Below are positions 1 to 8,399 of a stretch of 32,000 bases of DNA, in pieces. The position numbers were made by a program, and so were the translations under genes. The first letter of the stretch is position 1. The number at the start of each line of letters is the position of its first letter. This DNA is from Candidatus Saccharimonadota bacterium (lineage in GTDB: Bacteria; Patescibacteriota; Gracilibacteria; BD1-5; UBA6164), in contig OZ245768.1 in assembly GCA_965227835.1 (NCBI GenBank), positions 780,001-812,000 on the forward strand. Reading direction: 5' to 3'. The notes under the pieces were generated by a model that did no database searches, was not told where the DNA came from, and saw only the letters and a program-made list of their open reading frames with translations.

Positions 1-642
1 GAATGAATTATTTTGGTGAGATAATTGATTGAAGGATGATTTTAAACGAATATGGGAAGATTGCTGAAAAAGAGATTTTAAAAACACCATATATAAGAGA
101 AGAAATAAAAATTGATGAATTTATTATAATGCCAAATCATTTACATTTGATTGTTGTGATTGAAAATGGGGTAAATTTTGGGAATGTGGGGAATGACGGA
201 AATATATCCAATGTGGGGAATGTTTCAAACATGGGGAATGCGGGAAATGTATCCACCGTGAAAAATGTATCCACCATGCCAACCGTAGAACACAGGCCTG
301 CGTTCCCTACGGTTGGGACGTTCATCACGGTTGGGACGTTCACCACGGTTGGAACGTTCACCACAATCATCACAATCCCCCAATTCAATACAAAAAAATT
401 ACCAACAACAAAACCATTACACAAAAAACAAATTATCAAACACAATACAAAGAATAAAATCACAAATAACATTAAACATAAGAAAACAATTAAATGATTT
501 TACATTTAAATGGCAAAAATCATTCTTTGATAAAATTATACGAACAAAAGATCAATTAAATAAAACAAGAAAATACATTATAAACAATCCTTTAAAATGG
601 GAATTTGATGAGAATAACCACAAAAAAAGACCCTCTAATTAG
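1..642 (+). pseudogene. RAYT / IS200-like (Y1 HUH, COG1943-type) transposase-like gene. It is cut at the 5' end by the window edge and needs a +1 frame change.
   Basis: The frame starting at nt 3 reads NYFGEIIDG(TGA)RMILNEYGKIAEKEILKTPYIREEIKIDEFIIMPNHLHLIVVIENG, which contains the HUH motif HLH. The C-terminal family motif FKWQKSFFDKIIRTKDQLNKTRKYIINNPLKWEFDENN lies in the +1 frame and ends at TAG 640-642. That frame is open only from nt 289, so the shift falls between 289 and about 400, possibly at the A7 run near 395-401. The expected catalytic Tyr position (WQxxxY) reads FF. Confidence 0.6.
309..362 (+). repeat. 18-bp tandem repeat, 3 copies (acggttgggacgttca[t/c]c), in the GC-rich variable linker of the RAYT-like gene
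   Basis: The copies are at 309-326, 327-344 and 345-362, differing by 1-2 nt. Upstream, 177-280 also carries the reiterated motifs atgtggggaatg and aaatgtatccacc. Confidence 0.9.
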
Positions 643-663
643 AGAGCCTTTTTATATTTTATC

Positions 664-1548
664 TTACAAAATATTTGAAACATCAGAAGATTTAATTGGC
701 TTTTTCACGAATTGATTGGCACTTGAAAAAGATTGTATATTTTGCTTTCTTTCTCTATTTTTAAGAACATCAAGTCTAATCTCTTTTATCTTGTTCATAG
801 TATCCACGAAATGATCATATTTTTCAGCAATACCACAATAAATAACTCAAAGAGAATATTTACTACATGCTTTTGACTGCTCTATATTATGTTTATTCAA
901 AATCTCAAAACTCTTACAATCTTCATGCAAAGTCTTACTTTCAACTATAACTAAATTCTTTAAATTAACCTCACTTTGTTTAGGATTCCTCAAATTCTCC
1001 ATCCTTATTTGAAAATCAATAGTAAGCCTTTCTTCTCAAACCTTGGAAACAAGAGTTATCCTTTTGTATTTAGTCTTTATAGAAGGGCTTATCTTGGGAG
1101 CTTTTTTTCAATCATAAACAGACTGCCAAACTCATTCAAAAAATCTTTTCTTACCCTTAGTCATAACTCAATGTTCTTGACTGGGAAACTCATACCTATA
1201 TTTTCTAGTTATACCATCTGTCTTATGCTTATATTCAAAAAAAGCTAAATCAGAATCTTTGTATAATCTAGTTCTTATTTTTGTCCTAGAATTAACTCAA
1301 TCTTGATGATTTTTATAAAACAAATAATCAGGTGTATCCATATAAACATTATCATAATTAAAAACTCTTCTATCAGCTATTTCCAAAACTCTAAAATCTT
1401 TCTTAAAATCCTTCAATACCAACTCAAACTCAGAGTTTGTCATTAAAAATTTTCTATCTATTCTTTTTAAAAAACTTGCACTAGCATTTAGTTCAGTAAG
1501 AGTAAGTTTATCAAACTCTTTCAAACTAAAATTAAAAACTTTTTCCAT
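664..1548 (-). CDS. VTC (polyphosphate-polymerase-like / CYTH-like) domain protein
   Basis: ATG at 1548, TAA at 664-666, 294 aa with TGA=Gly. The pattern RIDRKFLM...FRVLEIADRRVFNYDNVYMDTPDYLFYKNHQDG..RTKIRTRLY...FFEYKHKTDGITRKYRY matches bacterial VTC-domain proteins. The standard-code track stops at the first TGA (1297). Confidence 0.6.
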
Positions 1549-1942
1549 TTTTATTTTTGTTTTTGTTAGGAATATAAAATATTTTGTGGAAAAATTTAAT
1601 TCTTTATTGATTAAAATTTTTTAACTAAACTTGAAAAAAGACATTAAAATAACTGCTATAGCAGACATCAAAATATAAATTTATCAAACAAAAGTTAAAA
1701 AGTTACTACAAGAATTTTGAAAAATATTTCTAAATATACTTTCTTTAAAGATATTCTATAGTAATTTTTTTAATTTTAAAGGGAAATAATAAACCTCTCT
1801 TTATCCCACTGATTTATGATATCATACTTAAAAAATACTGTCAAAAAAATAAGGAGAAAAAAATATTTTTCTCCTGAAGAAGTCTATAAAGCAGTGACAA
1901 ATAAAGCAAAAAATAAGTTAAAAAATTTTTTAAAAATGTATT

Positions 1943-2980
1943 CTAATCTTTAATTTCGTTTTCAATTATATTAAGTGGTTCATAAAACTTTTCTAGATTA
2001 AGTCAAATCTTTCTAAGATCCTTGTAGTCTATAAGTTTTTTTTCTAGTTTTATATGTAGATTTTCATCATCTCTTATAATATCACTTCAAAAATTATCTT
2101 TAAAATATTTAGCATTTTCCCGTTGATGATTTCAAGCACTATTTTTTAAAGGTATTATGATAGAGTGCAAACCAAAAATATTTTGTTCCCAGAGAGAAGA
2201 ACCTGCTCTAGTGATAACTATATCTGCTAGTTTTAATATTAATCACAATTCTCTAGGATGAAGAAACTCATAAGTTTTAACATTTTCAAAATTAGAAAAC
2301 TCTTGTTTTAAATGAGAATTTTTACTTCAAAGAATTATTTCAAAATCTAGGAAATCAAGTCTAGGTATAATTTTTAAAAGACCTTCTAAGATATTTTTCG
2401 ATCATTGACTTCATCAAATAAAAAGAACTTTCTGTTTTTGATTTTCTTCTAAATCCAAACTATCTATTGAATCTAGAAGATCAGGGTTTAATATTTGTCA
2501 TGATAGTATGTGCTTAGAACCGTCTATATTCTTATTATCAAAGCTATAAAATACTTTGTCTGCTATTTTGGAAACAATACTATTTGAAATCCCAGATACA
2601 GAATCTGATTCGTGTATTAAAAGTTTCTTTCTCATTAGTTTAGCTCAAATGGAAATGGGTAAAGAAACATATCATCATTTTGAAAAAACTATATCTATTT
2701 TGTATCTTTTGATATAAAACAAAGCTTGAATTATTCAAGTTAGATTTTTTAAAGGTTCATAAAAATTTCTAAAATCAAAATATCTTCTAAGTTTTCAGGC
2801 ACTTATGCAATAAAATTCTATATTTAGTTCCTTTGCTGTTTTTTCTTCTAAACTACCTTCTTCTCAAAACCATAAAAATTTATATTTATTACTATCTGAC
2901 AAATGATTATATAGGGAAACTAGAGGAAACACATGTCATCCAGTAGAGCCTCCAGTCAAGGCTATAGTTTTTTTTATCAT
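1943..2980 (-). CDS. murG: UDP-N-acetylglucosamine--N-acetylmuramyl-(pentapeptide)-pyrophosphoryl-undecaprenol GlcNAc transferase
   Basis: MIKKTIALTGGSTGGHVFPLVSLYN... is the GGTGGH motif, and ...IVITRAGSSLWEQNIFGLHSI is the C-terminal nucleotide-sugar motif. I checked the frame codon by codon: there is no TAA or TAG between 2980 and TAG 1943-1945, and several TGA fall in frame. Confidence 0.9.
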
Positions 2981-3152
2981 GGATGAAAAGTATTAAAAAA
3001 TATGTTTTGGGGATTAAATAGAAATTAAGTATTAGATAAATATCTAAACTTCATTATAAACAAAATAGGCAATAAATAAAATAAAAAATATTATCAAAAA
3101 ATTGCTTTTTTAATAAACTTGGATTTTGAAATATTAAAACTTTATAATTCAT

Positions 3153-3878
3153 ATGAAAGACCAAATAAAAAAAATATTTGAAGAGAATGATATAAAACTA
3201 AAAAAAGAAGAGCTAGAAAAGTTTGGGAGATTTTTAGAAATATTTATAGAGAAAAACTCTCAGATAAACTTGTCAGCTATAAGAGAACCAAGCTGAATAA
3301 TATTGAAACATTTTCTTGATTCAGTAATGCTAAATATATTTATAAATTTTGGGGAACAGCAAATACTAGATAATAGAAAGATAAAAATAGCTGATATAGG
3401 TACCTGATGATGATTTCCTTTAATTCCTTTGGCAATTACAAATGAAAAAATAGATTTTTTATGAATAGATAGTGTATGAAAAAAACTAAAAGCAATAGAT
3501 GAGTTTGTGATAGATTTATGAATAAAAAATATAAAAACTATAAATAAAAGAGCAGAAGATGTATGAAAAGATGAAAAATATAGAGAACAGTTTGATTTTG
3601 TAGTTAGTAGGTCAGTAGCATATCTGCCTACACTTTTAGAATATTCTATTCCCCTTTTGAAAAAGTGATGAATATTTTGTGCATACAAGCTAGATGATAA
3701 AGAAGAACTAAAATCATCAAAAAAAATACTAAAAAAACTACAAACAAAAATAATAAAAGTAAAGAATTATAAGATAAGCTGACAAAAAAGGGTTATAATT
3801 TTTATGGAAAAACTACAAAATACACCAAAGAACTATCCAAGAAAAGTATGAATCCCAAGCTTAAAACCCATCATATAA
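3153..3878 (+). CDS. rsmG: 16S rRNA (guanine527-N7)-methyltransferase
   Basis: MKDQIKKIFEEN...LEKFGRFLEIFIEKNSQINLSAIREP..ILKHFLDS, with the SAM-binding loop KIADIGTGGGFPLIPLA. The GGG of that loop is encoded by three consecutive TGA codons at 3405-3413. TAA at 3876-3878. Confidence 0.9.
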
Positions 3879-3954
3879 ATTTATGAATTTTAAGTATTTG
3901 ACCACTATATAAAAAAATATTAATCTTGAAAAGTGAAAAATAGAGAAATTTTTT

Positions 3955-3982
3955 TTGACTAGAAAAGCATTTTTTATATAAT
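3955..3982 (+). promoter_or_regulatory. Sigma70-type promoter upstream of rpsT (TTGACT-N16-TATAAT)
   Basis: TTGACT at 3955-3960 and TATAAT at 3977-3982, about 45 nt upstream of the rpsT ATG. Confidence 0.55.
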
Positions 3983-4027
3983 CACTTTCGTTTAAAACTA
4001 GGATATAAAAATTAAAACTATTAAATT

Positions 4028-4330
4028 ATGCCAATAATACAATCTGCAAAAAAACAATTAAGACAAAGCAAAAAGAAAAAAGCTAGAAATGATCATTTTA
4101 AAGCTCTTTTTACAAAAAGTAGAAAATCTTTTGAAAAAGCTATAAAAGAAAATGATTCAAAAAAAGCAAAAGAAATTTTTTTTAATAAAAAAAACAAAGA
4201 GGGAAAAACCGTTTCTTCATGATTGCAATCTATGATTGACAAGCTTTGTAAAAAAAATATTATACATTCCAATAATGCCTCTAGAAAGAAGTCTAAATAC
4301 TCTAATATGCTAAAATCTTTAAAGGCTTAG
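4028..4330 (+). CDS. rpsT: 30S ribosomal protein bS20
   Basis: MPIIQSAKKQLRQSKKKKARNDHF...IDKLCKKNIIHSNNASRKKSKYSNMLKSLKA. One in-frame TGA at 4223. TAG at 4328-4330. Confidence 0.9.
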
Positions 4331-4352
4331 GTTTTAAATTTTAAAAATTTTA

Positions 4353-4889
4353 ATGTCAAATAAGAAAAGATTATTAAATGATGAAATAAGAGCAAGCAGA
4401 GTTCAGGTTATAACTGAAGATTGAGAAAACTTAGGTAATATGAGTATGAATGAAGCTAGAGATTTAGCTTCAAAAAAGCAAATGGATATCATGGAGATGT
4501 GAAGAAATTGAGATTTAACAATAGTGAAAATACTTGATTATTGAAAATATCTCTACAGACAAAAGAAGCTAGACCAAAAAAATAAAAGTAAGTGAAAATC
4601 TCCTGATTTGAAAACAATAAGGATAACATTCAAGATTTGAGAACACGATTTGCAAACTAGAATAAAACAAGCAGTTAAATTTGCAGAACAATGAAATCCT
4701 CTCAAACTAAGTTTAATGCTTAGATGAAGAGAAAATTGTTATTGAGATTTGGCTCAAGAAAAAATGGAAACTTTTATAAATCTCTTGGGAGATTATTACA
4801 AGATAGATTCCCAAATAAAAAGGAATTGAAATATATTTGTAGCAATGTTGAAACCAAAACCTATATCTCAAAAAGATATAAAAAACTAA
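4353..4889 (+). CDS. infC: Translation initiation factor IF-3
   Basis: MSNKKRLLNDEIRASRVQVITEDG(TGA)ENLGNMSMNEARDLASKKQMDIMEM...LRGRE...IFVAMLKPK. It sits in the canonical infC-rpmI-rplT order. TAA at 4887-4889. Confidence 0.9.
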
Positions 4890-4915
4890 AAAATATTTAT
4901 TTAAAATAATTAAAG

Positions 4916-5110
4916 ATGTCACTAAAAACTAGAAGTTGAGTAAAAAAAAGAGTAAAAGTTACTTGATCAGGAAAAGTTAAATTCCAAAAGGCAGGTAAAA
5001 GACACTTGCTTATGAATAAAAATAGAAAAGCTAAAAGGGCTAATAAGTATGGATCTCAAGCATCTCCTAGTGAAGTAAAAAGAATATTAAGACAAATCCC
5101 TTATTTGTAG
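4916..5110 (+). CDS. rpmI: 50S ribosomal protein bL35
   Basis: MSLKTRSG(TGA)VKKRVKVTG(TGA)SGKVKFQKAGKRHLLMNKNRKAKR...; 64 aa; TAG at 5108-5110. Confidence 0.9.
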
Positions 5111-5218
5111 AATATTTTAGAATTTTATTATGAAATAACGAATTTTATAATAATTTAAAAAGTGGTAGTTATTTTTGAGAGTCTATTTTAGCAAAATATA
5201 TTATTTAATTTTATAAAA

Positions 5219-5563
5219 ATGGTTAGAGTTAAAAGAGGTACAATGACAAAAAAGAGACACAAGAAGCTTTTAAAGTCAACGAAAGGGTTTAGATTATTAA
5301 ATTCAAGAGTTTTTTCTAGAGCAAAAAATGCTTGGATGAAAGCATGATTAAATTCTTATATAGGTAGAAAAAAGAAGAAAAGAGATTTTAGGAGACTATG
5401 GAATGTTAGGATAAATAGTTCGGCAAGAGAAAATGGAACCACATATTCCAAATTAATTTCAGATATGTACAAAAAAAGAGTTAAGTTAAATAGAAAAGTT
5501 TTATCAAACTTAGCTATATCAAATCCAAATGTTTTTTCAAATATAGTTTCCTTTGTAAAGTAA
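5219..5563 (+). CDS. rplT: 50S ribosomal protein bL20
   Basis: MVRVKRGTMTKKRHKKLLKSTKGFR...RDFRRLWNVRINSSARENG..YSKLI; TAA at 5561-5563. Confidence 0.92.
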
Positions 5564-5583
5564 AAATTTAGTTTTTTAAAGTT

Positions 5584-5610
5584 AAAGCCCGTGCATTCTG
5601 CACGGGCTTT
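5584..5610. terminator. Bidirectional intrinsic terminator hairpin (aaagcccgtgca-ttc-tgcacgggcttt)
   Basis: A perfect GC-rich stem flanked by A-runs and T-runs. It lies between the convergent rplT (+) and secreted paralog 1 (-). It recurs almost identically at 6263-6290. Confidence 0.8.
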
Positions 5611-5617
5611 TGGTAGT

Positions 5618-6109
5618 TTAGGGGAATAACTGAAAAACGAAGTTTTTATAGGCTATTTCCCTTTCTGGAGAAGGTTGGTTGCTATAAATGAATTGATATT
5701 GTAAAAATGAAGGCATACTCTTATGGTTGCTTCTAGTAATTTCAAACAAATTACCAGAACTTGTTTCAGGAAGTGTAAAGGTTTTTTCAGGGAAATTTTG
5801 ATGATTTATTATTATATCCATTGAAAAAAAATTTACTTCACAACTATTAATAATATATCCTTTATAAACAAAACCACCATCCAAAGTTTCTTCGTATTCA
5901 AATATAATACAGTTAACTCCTGTCTCTATGTCTACGAAATGCCATTCTTTGACAGAACAAGGATTATTAGAATTCTCTATATCAACACAAATGGTTCCTT
6001 CAGAAACATCTCTAAATGCTTCATATGAAATATTCTGCTCTGAAGCAGATAATACAAACGATAGAGACAAAGAAATGATTGAAAGAACAACAGATGTAAA
6101 AATTTTCAT
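5618..6109 (-). CDS. Secreted four-cysteine protein, paralog 1 of a three-member family (function unknown)
   Basis: Intact 163-aa ORF with no TGA. It has the signal peptide MKIFTSVVLSIISLSLSFVLSAS/EQ, an AGGAG Shine-Dalgarno site 7 nt upstream, and the conserved motifs F.DIETG.NC and LFEI.RSN shared with 6236-6808 and 8400-8915. Confidence 0.8.
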   Translation of the reverse strand: MKIFTSVVLSIISLSLSFVLSASEQNISYEAFRDVSEGTICVDIENSNNPCSVKEWHFVDIETGVNCIIFEYEETLDGGFVYKGYIINSCEVNFFSMDIIINHQNFPEKTFTLPETSSGNLFEITRSNHKSMPSFLQYQFIYSNQPSPEREIAYKNFVFQLFP

Positions 6110-6145
6110 TTTAAACTCCTTTTTTGGAAAAAATTTTTTACCATA

Positions 6146-6216
6146 CTCTTCAGATATCTGAAAAGTATAAGGATTATAATAATATAAATTTAAAAGTCAA
6201 ATAAAAATTTTGACTT
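6146..6216 (-). promoter_or_regulatory. Promoter, operator and 5'-UTR hairpin module of paralog 1
   Basis: On the minus strand, TTGACT (6195-6200) and TATAAT (6173-6178) are separated by a 16-nt spacer. The -35 lies inside the inverted repeat AAGTCAAA-N7-TTTGACTT (6194-6216). The 5'-UTR palindrome ctcttcagatatctgaaaag is at 6146-6165. The module is near-identical at 6845-6915. Confidence 0.65.
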
Positions 6217-6235
6217 ATTTCAAATTTTGACTTTT

Positions 6236-6808
6236 TTATAAATTACAACTCTTTTTAAAATCAAAGCCCGTGCATTTTGCACGGGCTTTTAGAAAATTTA
6301 ATCAAATTTGTTCATAGAGGTTATTTTCTTCTACATCAAAAAGAATTTTTTCATAATCATCAAGTTCACTTGGAGAGGATTCATTGTAATAAAAAAATTC
6401 ATATAAAAGTATAGAATTTAAACCTCTAAAGTTAGATCTTTTAATTTCAAATAAACTATCAGAGCCTAATTCAGGAATTTTAAAAGTCTTTTTAGTCAAT
6501 TTTTGAGTAACAAGTTCATCTTTTTTTGTAATAGGTTTTTCACAACCATAAACATAATAATTATGAGTAAATATGTAATTTGATACAGTATCAATATTAA
6601 CTATTTTACAATTAAATCCTGTCTCTATATCTAAAAAAAGATATTTTTTACTATGGCATGAGGAAAGGTTTTTATCAAGAGAACAAATAATACTTTTTCC
6701 AGGAATTTCCCTAAATGCTTCATCTGAAATATTCTGCTCTGAAGCAGATAATCCAAAAGATAAAAACAAGGAAATGACCGAAAGAACAACAGATGTAAAA
6801 ATTTTCAT
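6236..6808 (-). CDS. Secreted four-cysteine protein, paralog 2. The position homologous to the stop is TGA, so under code 25 the ORF runs on to TAA 6236-6238.
   Basis: MKIFTSVVLSVISLFLSFGLSAS/EQNISDEAFREI... The first ~35 codons and ~110 nt upstream are near-identical to paralog 1 at the DNA level. The standard-code ORF is 6302-6808. The codon at 6302-6304 is TGA, after which 21 more sense codons cross the terminator hairpin. Confidence 0.7.
6263..6290. terminator. Intrinsic terminator hairpin, a copy of the 5584-5610 element
   Basis: aaagcccgtgcattttgcacgggctttt differs by 1 nt from the 5584 copy. It lies just downstream of the standard-code end of paralog 2. Confidence 0.75.
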
Positions 6809-6844
6809 TTTAAACTCCTTATTTTGAAAAAATTTTTTACCATA

Positions 6845-6915
6845 CTCTTCAGATATCTGAAAAGTATAAGGATTATAATAATATAAATTTAAAAGTCAAA
6901 TAAAAATTTTGACTT
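6845..6915 (-). promoter_or_regulatory. Promoter, operator and 5'-UTR hairpin module of paralog 2
   Basis: -35 at 6894-6899, -10 at 6872-6877, inverted repeat at 6893-6915, UTR palindrome at 6845-6864. This duplicates 6146-6216. Confidence 0.65.
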
Positions 6916-7101
6916 CTCTTAAATTTATAAAAAAATTGATTTTTATATATAAAAAATAGTTTAGGAGATAAAAAACTTTCGATAAATTTTAAATGAATAG
7001 AAGCCAAAAGTATAGAACATTTTAATAATTGTATCAATGAAATACTATACAAATGAAATATAGATGAAAATATACTGGAGTCTATAAGAAGATTTTCATA
7101 T

Positions 7102-8334
7102 ATGATTATATATCTTGTTGAAAAAAATCCGAAAGAATGGAAATCTAAAATTTCAGAAGATTTAAGGCATGACATTGTAAATATAACCTGAATTTTTAAT
7201 CAAGTCTACTATGGGTCTGCTATGAATAAAAAGAATTGAGAAATAACTGAAGAAGATAAAGAAAGAGTGGTTAATCTAGTTAGGGCATTAAAAGCTAGTA
7301 TAAATAATATATACATACTAAACTATTATATTGAAATATCCCAATGATACATTTCAGTTGGAACATATGAAAATAATTTAGTAAATTTATTTCATCCTTT
7401 AAAAGAAGGAGTTAATGAAAGTTGTGAAGTAGAAATAGAATCAAAATGAGATTTCCCTATTATAAGTAATTTTCCTTTTTCATATATTTATAATTTATTA
7501 AATAATATGATTAAAAATGCCTATAAGCATGGAGAAGCTAAAAAAGTAAAAATTATTTTTCATGTTTCTGAAAAAGAAACAAAAATAGAAATATCTGATA
7601 ATTGAAAATGAATAGATGAAAAAATTGTATGAGACATTTTTAAAAAATGATTTTCTGGAGGTTGAAGCACATGATTATGATTATCTTCTACCAGAGAAAT
7701 ATTAGATTTAATATGATGAAAAGTTGAAGTAGAAGCCAACTGATGAATAAACTGAATACTTCCCTACATACCAGAAATATCAAAAGATATATTAGAAATT
7801 AAGTCAGAAAAATATAAAAATTTAAACTGAAAAATATTAACAAAGAATAATAAAGAGGTTAATAGTTTAATTATAAAATCAATGGTAGAAAAAATATCTT
7901 GTGATCAGGAATACAAGAATGTTATTATCAATTTTTTTAATGATATTTTAGAAATTTGAACTTTAAATAATGTAATATTTTGTTTATATAGTATAATATT
8001 ATATATGATTGAAAAAAATGATAGAACAGAAAATAATGAAATTATTAGAGAAATTATTGAATATATTTTAGAGAACAGGTGAAAATACAATAAGATTAGA
8101 GAAAAATTATATTATATTATGCAAAAGTTAAACATTGATACTGATTTTGAACAATTTTATGAAGGTGATTATTTATATGACTTAATAATTAATAAACTTC
8201 AGAAAAAATATAATATAAATCTCCCATTTTCAATTCAAAAAATTACTAAAATTATAAATCAAGAGAGAAAAGAAAAAAAATGTAAGTGAGTAAAATTTAC
8301 TATCTTTATACCAAATAAATCTATATTTCATTAG
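7102..8334 (+). CDS. Soluble histidine-kinase-like protein (H-box + HATPase_c) with a C-terminal extension of about 190 aa. The N-terminus is uncertain.
   Basis: H-box-like SEDLRHDIVNITGIF; N-box NLLNNMIKNAYKHGEA; G1 ISDNG(TGA)KG(TGA)ID; G2 GFSGGGSTGLGLSSTREI, with many TGA=Gly codons. TAG at 8332-8334. The frame is open from 6931 and the upstream part looks coding, but there is no ATG, GTG or TTG before ATG 7102. No transmembrane segment is visible. Confidence 0.7.
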
Positions 8335-8363
8335 ATAATTTTTCTTGGGATTTTCATTAAAAT

Positions 8364-8395
8364 AAAGCCTACAAATCTTACGATTTGTAGGCTTT
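8364..8395. terminator. Bidirectional intrinsic terminator (aaagcctacaaatc-ttac-gatttgtaggcttt)
   Basis: A perfect 14-bp stem between the convergent HK-like gene (+) and paralog 3 (-). Confidence 0.8.
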
Positions 8396-8399
8396 CTGG

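Noticed and set aside
1816-1953. A 45-codon lysine-rich ORF (MISYLKNTVKKIRRKKYFSPEEVYKAV...) between the VTC gene and murG
   Set aside because: It has no recognisable family. It contains the terminator-like hairpin aggagaaaaa/tttttctcct (1852-1875) and overlaps the murG 3' end. The evidence that it is a gene is insufficient.
3260-3688. Long standard-code ORFs on the strand opposite to real genes. Examples are 3260-3688(-), 6873-7175(-), 976-1248(+), 9983-10222(+), 22228-22551(+), 27326-27625(+), 28100-28291(+), 29271-29453(+), 24472-25191(-), 30976-31218(-) and 31367-31618(-).
   Set aside because: Each lies antisense to, or out of frame with, a gene that has clear family motifs once TGA is read as Gly. 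Their products are low-complexity, Ile/Phe/Ser/Leu-rich strings typical of AT-rich antisense frames. They appear long only because the true genes were fragmented in the track.
6909-6960. A divergent promoter for the HK-like gene using the plus-strand TTGACT arm of the cassette-2 operator
   Set aside because: No acceptable -10 hexamer lies at 15-19 nt spacing downstream of TTGACT (6909-6914). The idea remains speculative.
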